From Acidobacteriota bacterium (lineage in GTDB: Bacteria > Acidobacteriota > Vicinamibacteria > Vicinamibacterales > CAVVIG01): a DNA stretch of 64,000 nt. The translations under genes and the position numbers were made by a program. The notes beneath the pieces were generated by a model, which was given only the letters and a program-made list of their open reading frames with translations, was not told the DNA's origin and did not search any database. Numbering within the stretch: the stretch's first letter is position 1; each line of letters starts with the position of its first letter. The stretch covers positions 4,798 to 68,797 of the forward strand of contig JACPZW010000073.1 of the NCBI GenBank assembly GCA_016195265.1, given 5' to 3'. Shown here piece by piece: positions 17,904 to 26,399 of the stretch.

Positions 17904-19100
17904 CTATATCCGACAACTCCGGGCGAGCGCCTCTGCGATGCGCGACTGATCGTCGTCGGTCATGCCGTCGAACAAGGGGATCGCAATCGTGCGATCCTGC
18001 GCGGCTTCGCTGTGCGCAAGGTGCGGACACGGTCCGCCGCTCGCGTCGCACCGGCGGTCGGCGCCGCACGACCACGTCTCGCGCGGATACGCGGCTTCAC
18101 GATGCGCGCACATGACGCCGCGCCGCGTCGCGACGCCCGCGTCGAGCATCGCCTGCATGACGGCCTTCTGATCGCGCCCCTCGGGCAGGCGCACCGTGTA
18201 CGTCTGCCAGTTCGGTCGCGCGTAGTCCGGCACCGCCGGCAACCCCACTCCAGCGAGAGACGCGAGCAACGAGTTGTACCGCGCGGCCTGCGCGCGGCGC
18301 CGCGCCAGCATGGCCGGCACCCTCGCGAGCTGCACGCGCCCGACCGCGGCCTGCACGTCGGTCATCCGGAAGTTGTAGCCGAGCGTCGGGTAGGTCTCGA
18401 ACGTGACTCGATCGGACGCGTGACGCGCGAGGTCCGACACGCTCATGCCATGGTGTCTCAGCGCGCGGAGGCGCGCGTCGAGATCGGCGCTGCGCGTCGT
18501 GATCATTCCGCCGTCACCGGTCGTGACCAGCTTGCGCGGATGAAACGAGAAGCACGCCACATCGCCGTGCGGACGTCCGACTGGCGACCATTCGGCGTCG
18601 ACGCGCACGTCGCTGCCGATCGCGCACGCTGCGTCCTCGACGAGCGCTACGCCCCTGCGGCGCGCGATGTCGAGCATCCGCTCGATGGCGCACGGCAGGC
18701 CCACCTGGTGCACGGCGAGAATCGCCCGCGTCTTCGGCCCGACGGCGCGATCGACGATCGCGGGATCCATGTTGAATGTGTCCGGCTGAATGTCGACGAA
18801 CACCGGCCGCGCGCCGCAGTAGCGGATGGCGTTCGCAGTCGCGATGAACGAGTGGCTCGCGGTGATCACCTCGTCGCCGGGCTGCACGCCGACGGCCAGG
18901 AGTGCCGCGTGCAACGCCGTCGTGCCGCTCGACACCGCGCAGGCGTGCGGGGCGCCGACCGCGGCGGCGAACTCGCGCTCGAACGCGGCGACCTCGGGCC
19001 CCTGCGTCACCCAGCCCGACAGAATCGCGCGCGCGGCGGCGTCGACTTCGGCCTGATCGAGCACGGGCCGCGCGATCGGAATCAGGGTTTTGACCGCCAT
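17904..19100 (-). CDS. DegT/DnrJ/EryC1/StrS-family PLP-dependent sugar aminotransferase
   Basis: IPIARPVLDQAEVDAAARAILSGWVTQGPEVAAFEREFAAAVGAPHACAVSSGTTALHAALLA...FHPRKLVTTGDGGM. ATG start at 19100. Confidence 0.85.
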   Translation of the reverse strand: MAVKTLIPIARPVLDQAEVDAAARAILSGWVTQGPEVAAFEREFAAAVGAPHACAVSSGTTALHAALLAVGVQPGDEVITASHSFIATANAIRYCGARPVFVDIQPDTFNMDPAIVDRAVGPKTRAILAVHQVGLPCAIERMLDIARRRGVALVEDAACAIGSDVRVDAEWSPVGRPHGDVACFSFHPRKLVTTGDGGMITTRSADLDARLRALRHHGMSVSDLARHASDRVTFETYPTLGYNFRMTDVQAAVGRVQLARVPAMLARRRAQAARYNSLLASLAGVGLPAVPDYARPNWQTYTVRLPEGRDQKAVMQAMLDAGVATRRGVMCAHREAAYPRETWSCGADRRCDASGGPCPHLAHSEAAQDRTIAIPLFDGMTDDDQSRIAEALARSCRI

Positions 19101-19110
19101 GATTCGAGCA

Positions 19111-20031
19111 TCAAGATCTGTAGGCCGGGTCCTTCTGGACCCGGCTGTCCGGCGGGCTGTCTGGCGGGTCCGAAAGGACCCGCCCTACCGCCGTCGCCCG
19201 CCCTACCGCCGTCGCCCGCCCTACCGCCGTCGCCCGCCCTACAGCCGTCGCCCGCCCTGCCGCCGTCGCCCGCCCTACAGCCGCGCGCGCCTTGAACACG
19301 CGGAACCGCCCGAGCCTGGTCATCTGCAGCACGTACTGGAGCGTCACGCCCAACGTCGCCAGCCCGTACTGCACGCTGCGCGCGAAGTTGATCGAGGACG
19401 CTTCGGCGAAGTACCGCGTGGGAATCGGCACGTCGCCGATCTTGAACCCGTGATACACGGCCTGCGCGAGCAACTGCGTGTCGAACACGAAGTCGTCCGA
19501 ATTGCCGTGATAGTCAATCGTTTCGAGCACGGCGCGCCGGTAGGCGCGGAATCCGGAATGGAAGTCGCCGAGGTTCTGTCCGAAGACGACGTTCTCCATC
19601 ACCGTCAGGACGCGGTTCGAGAGGTACTTGTAAAGCGGCATCCCGCCGTCGAGCGTCTCGCGGCGCGATCGCACGCGCGATCCGATGACGACGTCGCAAA
19701 TGCCCGTCGTCAAAAACCCGACCGCAAACGGCGTGACGCGCGGGTCGTACTGGTAATCCGGATGAATCATCACGACGACATCCGCGCCGCTCGCCAGCGC
19801 CGTGTCGTAGCAGATCTTCTGATTGGCGCCGTAGCCCTTGTTCCGCTCGTGCCGGATGACGCGGAGGCCGAGGCGCTCGGCCAGCGCGACGGTCCCATCC
19901 GTGCTGCAGTCGTCGCACAGCACGATCTCGTCCACAACGCCCGGCGGGATGTCGAGGACGGTACGTTCGAGGGTCGTCTCCGCGTTGTAGGCGGGCATCA
20001 CGACAATGACTTTCGTGGAGCCGGGCATCAT
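19111..20031 (-). CDS. Family 2 glycosyltransferase with repeat-encoded C-terminal tail
   Basis: [25 protein letters not shown]...[10 protein letters not shown]...[17 protein letters not shown] junction with 20028-21014. The last ~55 codons, (GRATAV)n + [24 protein letters not shown], are read from the 18-bp tandem repeat and REP hairpins. Confidence 0.8.
   Translation of the reverse strand: MMPGSTKVIVVMPAYNAETTLERTVLDIPPGVVDEIVLCDDCSTDGTVALAERLGLRVIRHERNKGYGANQKICYDTALASGADVVVMIHPDYQYDPRVTPFAVGFLTTGICDVVIGSRVRSRRETLDGGMPLYKYLSNRVLTVMENVVFGQNLGDFHSGFRAYRRAVLETIDYHGNSDDFVFDTQLLAQAVYHGFKIGDVPIPTRYFAEASSINFARSVQYGLATLGVTLQYVLQMTRLGRFRVFKARAAVGRATAAGRATAVGRATAVGRATAVGRATAVGRVLSDPPDSPPDSRVQKDPAYRS
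19120..19188. repeat. REP-type hairpin pair
   Basis: GTAGGCCGGGTCCttctGGACCCGGC ... GGCGGGTCCgaaaGGACCCGCCCTAC. Lies inside the 3' end of ORF 19111-20031. Confidence 0.85.
19189..19283. repeat. 18-bp tandem repeat x ~5 (CGCCGTCGCCCGCCCTAC), derived from the REP 3' tail
   Basis: Units at 19189, 19207, 19225, 19243 and 19261, with 1-2 substitutions in the fourth unit. Each ends in the GCCCGCCCTAC tail of the REP. Read in frame as (GRATAV)n. Confidence 0.85.
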
Positions 20032-21014
20032 GCGACCCAGTTCCGCACGCGGTCGTCGGCCAGCAGCGTCTCGATCGGCGTCCCGGAGCCGAGGTACCAC
20101 GCCTGCAGGCGGTGAATCCCCTCTTCGAGCGACACTGCCGGCGCGAACTTCAGAAGCGAGGCGGCTTTCGTCGCGTCCGCGCAGAGATCGTGCACGTCGC
20201 CCGGCCGCGGCTCGTCGTGCGTGATTTCGATCGCGCGTCCCGTGACGCGGCCGATCGTCTGCGCGAGCGAGGCAATCGACACCGAGCGTCCGCTGCCCAG
20301 ATTGATCGTGTCGCCGACCGCCGCGTCCGAGAATCCCGCGGCGAGAATGCCGGCCGCGGTATCCGAGACGAACGTGAAGTCGCGCGTCTGCGTGCCGTCG
20401 CCGAAAATAATGACCGGCTTGCCCGCCAGCGCGCGCAGCAGGAACTTCGGGATCACCTCGCCGCTGTCGCCTTCGTGATGGCAGCGCGGGCCGAATGCAT
20501 TGAACGGCCGCACCACGACGGTCGGATAGCCGTACGTCGTGTAGTACGCCCGCGTGTAGCACTCCCCCGCCAACTTCGACGCGCCATACACCGTCGTCGG
20601 GAACGTCGTGTGGCGTTCGTCCATCGGTACGCGGCGCGCGGTTCCGTACACTTCGGAGCTCGACACGTACACGAACCGCCGCACGCCGGCCGCGCGCGCG
20701 CACGCCAGCAGATCGAGCGTCGCCGTGCCGTTGACGTCGTGGTTCTCGCGCGGCGAGTGAATCGAGTGGCGCACGCCGAGGCACGCCAGGTGAAACACGA
20801 CGCCGACACCGGCCATGGCGTCCGCCATCGCGGCGGCGTCGCGGACATCCGTGACGAGAAGACGGCAGCGTCGCGAATCGAGTCCGTCCAGATTCTCGCG
20901 CTTGCCGTTGACGAGATTGTCGGCGACCACGATGTCATCGCCGCGCTCGACGAGCTGGCGCACAAGTTCGGAGCCGATGAAGCCGGCGCCGCCGGTGATG
21001 AGAACGCGCATCAT
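20028..21014 (-). CDS. NAD-dependent nucleotide-sugar epimerase/dehydratase (extended SDR)
   Basis: [22 protein letters not shown]...YGASKLAGE...[13 protein letters not shown]. Start ATG 21014 overlaps the upstream stop. Confidence 0.85.
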   Translation of the reverse strand: MMRVLITGGAGFIGSELVRQLVERGDDIVVADNLVNGKRENLDGLDSRRCRLLVTDVRDAAAMADAMAGVGVVFHLACLGVRHSIHSPRENHDVNGTATLDLLACARAAGVRRFVYVSSSEVYGTARRVPMDERHTTFPTTVYGASKLAGECYTRAYYTTYGYPTVVVRPFNAFGPRCHHEGDSGEVIPKFLLRALAGKPVIIFGDGTQTRDFTFVSDTAAGILAAGFSDAAVGDTINLGSGRSVSIASLAQTIGRVTGRAIEITHDEPRPGDVHDLCADATKAASLLKFAPAVSLEEGIHRLQAWYLGSGTPIETLLADDRVRNWVA

Positions 21015-22141
21015 CGAGTCCCGAGGCTGGTGGCTGGTGGCTGGTGGCTGGTGGCCTGACGAACCGCATCCGCGACCGCGACGATCTGATCGTCGGTGAG
21101 CTCTGGATACATCGGGAGCGACAGCACTTCGGCCGCGGCGCGTTCGGCGACCGGGAACTGGTCCGCGCGATACCCGAGGTTCGCGTAGGCCGGTTGCAGA
21201 TGCACGGGCAGCGGATAGTGGAGGCCGGTCTGAATTCCAGCGGCCTCGAGCGATGCGCGGACGGCGGCGCGCTCGCGGACGCGCACCGTGTACAGGTGAT
21301 ACACGTGCCGCGCGTACGGCATCTCTTCCGGCAGGCCGAGACCCGAGTCCTTCAGCAGCGCGTTGTACCGCGTTGCACGACGCCGGCGGCTCTCCGTCCA
21401 ATCTTCGAGGTGGCGGAGCTTCACGCGCAGGATCGCGCCCTGCAGTCCTTGCATGCGCGCGTTGAACGCGGCGACGACGTGCTGGTACTTCGTCCGCTCG
21501 CCCCAGTTGCGCAGCAAACGGAGCTGCTCCGCGAAGTCAGCGCGGTTCGTCGTGACGAGGCCGCCCTCGCCGTAGGCGCCGAGGTTCTTGCTGGGATAAA
21601 AGCTGAAGCACGCCAAATCGCCCAGGCTGCCGGCCGGCAGGCCCTTGTAGCGCGCGGCGTGCGCCTGCGCGGCGTCTTCGATCACGAGCAACCCGCGCCG
21701 CGCGGCGATGTCGCGGATCGGATCCATGTCCGCCGGCTGACCGTAAAGGTGCACCGGCATGATCGCCTTCGTGCGGGGCGTGATCGCCGCTTCGACGAGC
21801 GCCGGATCCATCGTGAACGAACGCGGATCGACGTCAACGAACACCGGCCGCGCGCCCGTGTAGAGGATCGACGCGGCGGTCGCGACGAACGTCAACGGCA
21901 CGGTGATCACTTCGTCGCCGGCGCCGACGCCGGCCGCCACCAGCGCGAGCTGCAACGCCGCGGTGCCCGAGCTCATGGCGACGCCGTGCGCCGCGCCGCA
22001 CGCCGCGGCGAATTCTTTTTCGAACGCGGCGACTTCGTCGCCGAGCACGAACTGCCCGGTCTCGAAGACGCGCGCGATGGCCGCGTCGATCTCCAGTTTG
22101 ATCGAGCGGTACTGCGCTTTCAGATCGACGAACGGGATCAT
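21011..22141 (-). CDS. DegT/DnrJ-family sugar aminotransferase (WbpE-like)
   Basis: MIPFVDLKAQYRSIKLEIDAAIARVFETGQFVLGDEVAAFEKEFAAACGAAHGVAMSSGTAALQLAL...FYPSKNLGAYGEGG. C-terminal [14 protein letters not shown] is encoded by the heptamer repeat. Confidence 0.85.
   Translation of the reverse strand: MIPFVDLKAQYRSIKLEIDAAIARVFETGQFVLGDEVAAFEKEFAAACGAAHGVAMSSGTAALQLALVAAGVGAGDEVITVPLTFVATAASILYTGARPVFVDVDPRSFTMDPALVEAAITPRTKAIMPVHLYGQPADMDPIRDIAARRGLLVIEDAAQAHAARYKGLPAGSLGDLACFSFYPSKNLGAYGEGGLVTTNRADFAEQLRLLRNWGERTKYQHVVAAFNARMQGLQGAILRVKLRHLEDWTESRRRRATRYNALLKDSGLGLPEEMPYARHVYHLYTVRVRERAAVRASLEAAGIQTGLHYPLPVHLQPAYANLGYRADQFPVAERAAAEVLSLPMYPELTDDQIVAVADAVRQATSHQPPATSLGTR
21025..21056. repeat. 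Heptanucleotide microsatellite (GGCTGGT)x4.5
   Basis: Four perfect units. Lies in the last 15 codons of 21011-22141 and immediately upstream of ATG 21014. Confidence 0.9.
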
Positions 22142-22155
22142 GGAAACGTTGGGAA

Positions 22156-22277
22156 CCACGGAGGACGCGGAGGACACGGAGGCGAAGAGGAATACGGCCA
22201 CAGCGGCGCTCCGCGCGCTTCTGTGCCCCGGTGACTCTGTGGCCCGTTCATCTTCTTCGCGGCTTCGTGGCTCCGTG
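22156..22277. repeat. Short (core-less) member of the same element family, copy C
   Basis: CCACGGAGGACGCGGAGGACACGGAGG ... GGCCACAG-(33 nt)-CTGTGGCC ... CTTCGCGGCTTCGTGGCTCCGTG. Same flank motifs as copies A, B and D but without the four-way core. Confidence 0.65.
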
Positions 22278-22291
22278 ATTGCGTTTCGTCG

Positions 22292-23347
22292 TTACGCAAG
22301 CGCGCCGAACGGCACGATGAACGCCTGGGGCACCTCCGCGCGCAGGCCGTCCGGCGTCAGCGCGCGATACTCGTCGAGCGCAGTCGGGCGCAGCAGCTTC
22401 ACCAGGACGTGAAACGGCACCGGCTCGCCTCCACACTCGGCCTTGAACTGATACACCGGATCGTCGACGGCCGGCGACGCTTCGAAATTCAGCCGCCGGC
22501 ACCCCGCCGCGCGGCTGATCGTCACCGCGCGATCGAGGAGCGCGAGCGTCGGCCGCACGCCGCCGAGACCCGGGCGCGCCACCGGCAGGTAGTACGAGAT
22601 GACGCCGCCGCCGAGAAAGCAGATCAAGCCGGCGACAATCCGGCCGTCGAGCTCCGCGACGAGGAAGATGCCGTGGCGCCCCGCGGTCCGGAACAGCGCG
22701 CGGAGATGCTCGAACGGCTTCACGGGAATCGACTGGACCTCGCACCGCTCGTGATACAGCGCCCAGACCGTGGCCAGCTCGTCGTCGTTGGCGATGTCGC
22801 GCACCGTTACGCCGCGCGACAGCGCGTGGCGCACGTAGTACCGCACCTTGGCCGGCCACGGCGACGCGTCCGGATCGTCGGGAATCGCCAGCCACTGCGA
22901 CACGCGGCCGACTTCGAAGTCCACGCCGTTGAGCGCCGCGCGGTACGGCGCGAGTGATGCCGCCAGCGGCGTGTAGATGGTGAGCGATCCGCAGTCGGCA
23001 TCACGAGCGTCCGCCTCGGCGCCGCGCAGCAGCGCACAGGTCGTGGCGTCACTGCCGGGGCCCATCAGCACCAGCGCACCGGCATTCGGGCCGAAGTAGG
23101 CCAACGACAGCCACACGTTGACGCGCGACGTCTTCAGGTGGAGCGCCGGCACCACGCCGGCCAGATCGCCGCGCGCGTCCCGGATCGCCACAAAGCGCAG
23201 CAGGGCGCCCGGGTACACGATATCGGTGAGGAAGCGCAGATAAAATGGATAGTGATACGCCAGCGCGGCGCCCGGCTGCGACGCGAACCCGTCGAGAAAC
23301 CGTTCGTACTCGGTCTCGTCGATGTCACTGGTGCGCGTGAGATTCAT
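22292..23347 (-). CDS. FemAB-like / GNAT-fold acyl(aminoacyl)transferase (tentative)
   Basis: 351-aa soluble protein. The size and overall pattern (...YHYPFYLRFL..., LVAELDGRIVAGLICFLGGGVISYYLPVARP..., LNFEASP...YQFKAECGG) resemble FemAB-related proteins of EPS loci. No HMM run. Confidence 0.5.
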   Translation of the reverse strand: MNLTRTSDIDETEYERFLDGFASQPGAALAYHYPFYLRFLTDIVYPGALLRFVAIRDARGDLAGVVPALHLKTSRVNVWLSLAYFGPNAGALVLMGPGSDATTCALLRGAEADARDADCGSLTIYTPLAASLAPYRAALNGVDFEVGRVSQWLAIPDDPDASPWPAKVRYYVRHALSRGVTVRDIANDDELATVWALYHERCEVQSIPVKPFEHLRALFRTAGRHGIFLVAELDGRIVAGLICFLGGGVISYYLPVARPGLGGVRPTLALLDRAVTISRAAGCRRLNFEASPAVDDPVYQFKAECGGEPVPFHVLVKLLRPTALDEYRALTPDGLRAEVPQAFIVPFGALA

Positions 23348-23350
23348 CCG

Positions 23351-24307
23351 TCACGGCTCCGACGCGTCGCCGGGCTCCAGTCCGAGGGTGTCTTCGATCT
23401 GATACAGCGGGCGCCGGCGGCTCTCGTCGAGGATACGCCACACGTATTCACCGAGGAGCCCGAGGGCGAGCAGGTTCAGGCCACCAATCACGAGCACGGC
23501 GGTCATGAGGGACGGCCAGCCCGAGACGCTCGGGCCAATGAACGTGAAGCGCACGAGGTTGAACGTCGCGTAAAGCAGTCCGCCGATAGCCACGCACGCG
23601 CCGGTCATGCTCAAGGCACGGATGGGCACGTCGCTGAAGCTGAGAATCGTGTTGAGCGCGTGCTGAATCTTTCGGCTGAACGTCCATCGCGAGACGCGTC
23701 CGATCGCCGCTTCGCGATCGTACCAGACGATCGCGAGCTTCAGCGGCGTGCTCGCCAGAAAACCCTCGAACGTGAACCCGTGATCGCGATGCGCGTTGAT
23801 CTGATCGACGACGCGACGCGTGAGAAGGAACTGTGACGTCCCTTCGAGCGGCACCTTCCGGAGATTCACCAGGTGCATCGCGCCGTTGTACACGCGGCTC
23901 GTGGTTTCCGACCACCAGCCATCGTTGCGCGTCCGCCGCACCGCGAGCACTGCGTCAGCGCCCTGTTCGTCCATTGTGTGGACCAGGCGATCGATGTTCT
24001 CGATCGGGTCCTGCAGATCCACCGGGAGGTTGACGACCCGCAGCCCCGTCGCGTGGCGGCACGCGCAGCGCAGGGCAATGTGGCTGCCGCGATTCGTGAT
24101 CAGGCGAATCGCGCGCCAGCCCTGGCGGTCGTTCAGTGCCTGTTCGATGAAGGACCACGTGCCGTCCGTGCTGCCGTCATCGACGAGTACGACTTCCATC
24201 GAGCCGGGCGGTTGCGCGGCGACGTAGCGGGCCACGCCGACGACGCACCGCGGCAGTGCGGCCTCTTCGTTGAAGCACGGGATGACGATGGACAGTTGCG
24301 GAGTCAT
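23351..24307 (-). CDS. Polyprenyl-phosphate sugar synthase-type GT2 (GtrB/ArnC/DPM1-like) with C-terminal TM helices
   Basis: LSIVIPCFNEEAALP...VLVDDGSTDGT...NRGSH...LPVDLQDP and two C-terminal hydrophobic helices ending LGEYVWRILDESRRRP. Confidence 0.8.
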   Translation of the reverse strand: MTPQLSIVIPCFNEEAALPRCVVGVARYVAAQPPGSMEVVLVDDGSTDGTWSFIEQALNDRQGWRAIRLITNRGSHIALRCACRHATGLRVVNLPVDLQDPIENIDRLVHTMDEQGADAVLAVRRTRNDGWWSETTSRVYNGAMHLVNLRKVPLEGTSQFLLTRRVVDQINAHRDHGFTFEGFLASTPLKLAIVWYDREAAIGRVSRWTFSRKIQHALNTILSFSDVPIRALSMTGACVAIGGLLYATFNLVRFTFIGPSVSGWPSLMTAVLVIGGLNLLALGLLGEYVWRILDESRRRPLYQIEDTLGLEPGDASEP

Positions 24308-24317
24308 GCCGACCGCG

Positions 24318-24884
24318 TCAGGATGCCGCCAGGAACTTCGACAGGATGACGACGTCCTCGAACCGGCCGTGCGTGAAATACTGCGCTTTCAGCCGGCCCT
24401 CTTCGGCGAATCCCAGGCTCGCATACAGCGCCAGCGCGCGCGCGTTTCCGGCAAGGACTTCCAGGCTGACCTTGCGCACGGCGACGAAGTCGCGCAGGTA
24501 GTCGCACACCTGCGTCAGCATCCGGCGGCCGTAGCCCCGGCCGGCGTCGCGCTCGTCGAAGAGGCTGAGCCCGACCCACGCGTGACGCGAGACTCGATCG
24601 ACGCGATACGCCTTGATGTAGCCGACGGGACGCTGCGCGTCCTTCGCCAGGACCGCGGTCAGCATGAGGTCGTCACCTTCGACGCCGCCGCCGCTCGCGA
24701 TCCACGCGTCGACGGTCTGGGCGTTCACGCCCAGGCGGAATCCCATCACCGCCGACACGAGCGCGAGGTTGTTGCGCATCTGCAGGTAGCTCGGACCGTC
24801 CACGGGCTCGGGCCGTCGCAGCGCGATGACGCCGTCGGAGAGCAGCGCCACCTGGGGTGTCGTGACATCGCCGGCGTCGCTCAT
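24318..24884 (-). CDS. GNAT-family N-acetyltransferase
   Basis: 188 aa from ATG 24884 (ATGA overlap): ...RGYGRRMLTQVCDYLRDFVAVRKVSLEVLAGNARALALYASLGFAEEG. Confidence 0.75.
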   Translation of the reverse strand: MSDAGDVTTPQVALLSDGVIALRRPEPVDGPSYLQMRNNLALVSAVMGFRLGVNAQTVDAWIASGGGVEGDDLMLTAVLAKDAQRPVGYIKAYRVDRVSRHAWVGLSLFDERDAGRGYGRRMLTQVCDYLRDFVAVRKVSLEVLAGNARALALYASLGFAEEGRLKAQYFTHGRFEDVVILSKFLAAS

Positions 24885-25912
24885 GGCCGGGCTCCTGCGG
24901 GCGCATCGAGCTCGATCAACCGGCCGCGCGCGGCCATCGACTCGGACGCGGCTTCGACGACCTGCACGACGCGCAGTCCGCTGTCGCCGCCGGTCAGCGG
25001 CGCGGTGCCGCGCTCGATGCACTCCACGAAATGCGCGACTTCCGCGCGCAGCGCCTCGGTCGCCGTCAACTGCGGCGCCCACATGTCGCCCGCGCGGTAG
25101 CCGACGAGGAGTTGATACACGCTGTCGGGCTGGCTGTTGACGGTGATGCCCTTGTCGTAAATCTTGATCTTCTCGCTGGGCTCGAGATCGTCGTAGACGA
25201 TCATGCGCTGGCTGCCGCCGATGAGCGTGCGGCGGATCTTCACGGGCGCGAGCCAGTTCACGTGAATGTGCGCGATCAGGTTGTTGTCGAAGAACAGCGT
25301 CAGGTAGGCGATGTTCTCGTGGCCGCCCGCCACGTGGCTGACGCCGGTCGCCGACACCGCCCGCGGCCGCGACGGCAGGACGTGGTCCATGATCGAGAGA
25401 TCGTGCACGGCCAGGTCCCAGATCACGTTCACGTCGTGCTGAAAGAGGCCGAGGTTCACGCGCACCGAGTCGTAGTAATAGATGTTGCCCAGCTCGCCGC
25501 CCGACACGAGCGAGGCGATCTTCTGCACCGCGCCGGTATAGACGAACGTGTGATCGACCATCAGAACGCGGCGCCGGCGCGCCGCCTCCTCGATGAGCCG
25601 CCGGGCGTCGGCGCTCGAGGCCGCCATCGGCTTCTCGACGAGCACGTGTTTGCCGGCCTGCAGCGCGCGAAGCGCGAGGTCGGCGTGCGTCGAGACGGGC
25701 GTGGCGATCGCCACGGCGTCCACCGCCGGGTTCGCGAAAATGTCGCGCGCGTCTTTCGTGGTCGCGATGCCGGGATAGCGCGCCGCGGCGGCCGCGAGCC
25801 GATCGTCCCGCAGATCGCAGACGGCGGTGACGCGCGCGCCCGCGCTCTCGGCGAAATTGCGGAGCAGATTCGGTCCCCAGTAGCCGAGGCCGATGATGCC
25901 CACGCTAATCAT
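24881..25912 (-). CDS. Gfo/Idh/MocA-family NAD-dependent sugar oxidoreductase (WbpB-like)
   Basis: MISVGIIGLGYWGPNLLRNF...GKHVLVEKPMA...DHTFVYTGAV. ATGA overlap at 25909-25912. Confidence 0.8.
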   Translation of the reverse strand: MISVGIIGLGYWGPNLLRNFAESAGARVTAVCDLRDDRLAAAAARYPGIATTKDARDIFANPAVDAVAIATPVSTHADLALRALQAGKHVLVEKPMAASSADARRLIEEAARRRRVLMVDHTFVYTGAVQKIASLVSGGELGNIYYYDSVRVNLGLFQHDVNVIWDLAVHDLSIMDHVLPSRPRAVSATGVSHVAGGHENIAYLTLFFDNNLIAHIHVNWLAPVKIRRTLIGGSQRMIVYDDLEPSEKIKIYDKGITVNSQPDSVYQLLVGYRAGDMWAPQLTATEALRAEVAHFVECIERGTAPLTGGDSGLRVVQVVEAASESMAARGRLIELDAPAGARP

Positions 25913-26394
25913 GCGGACTCCCCAGGCTTCCGGACGTTGCCGATCGTCCGCGCCGGCACGCCGGCGACGACCGCGTGCGGCGGCACGTCGCGCGTCACGA
26001 CCGCGCCCGCGCCGATCATGGAATGCTCGCCGAGCGTGACGCCGCAGCGGATGACGGCGCCGCTGCCGATCGACGCGCCGCGGCGCACGGTCGTCGGCAC
26101 GACCGTCCAGTCGGCCTCGCCCTGCAGCCGTCCATCGGTCGTCGCGCGCGGATACGGGTCGTTGGTGAACATCACGCCGTGGCCGACGAAGACGTCGGCT
26201 TCGATCGTCACGCCCTCGCAGAGAAAGCTGTGCGAGGAGATCTTGCACCGGTCACCGACGATGACACCCTTCTGGATTTCCACGAACGCGCCGATCTTGA
26301 CGTCGTTGCCGATCCGGCAGCCGTACAGATTCACGAGCGACGGGTGGTGAATCGTCACGTTCGAGCCCAGCACGACGTCGGCGGCAATCGGCAT
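25909..26394 (-). CDS. Left-handed beta-helix (hexapeptide) sugar N-acetyltransferase (WbpD/PglD-like)
   Basis: 161 aa from ATG 26394 with hexapeptide repeats: IGNDVKIGAFVEIQKGVIVGDRCKISSHSFLCEGVTIEADVFVGHGV...IGSGAVI. Confidence 0.8.
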   Translation of the reverse strand: MPIAADVVLGSNVTIHHPSLVNLYGCRIGNDVKIGAFVEIQKGVIVGDRCKISSHSFLCEGVTIEADVFVGHGVMFTNDPYPRATTDGRLQGEADWTVVPTTVRRGASIGSGAVIRCGVTLGEHSMIGAGAVVTRDVPPHAVVAGVPARTIGNVRKPGESA

Positions 26395-26399
26395 CGGAA

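Noticed and set aside
19189-19283. (GRATAV)n as a functional repeat domain, for example a structural or antifreeze-like motif.
   Set aside because: The 18-bp unit is simply a reiterated REP tail. The tail continues into translated hairpin sequence shared with an unrelated enzyme, so it is most likely an accidental read-through.
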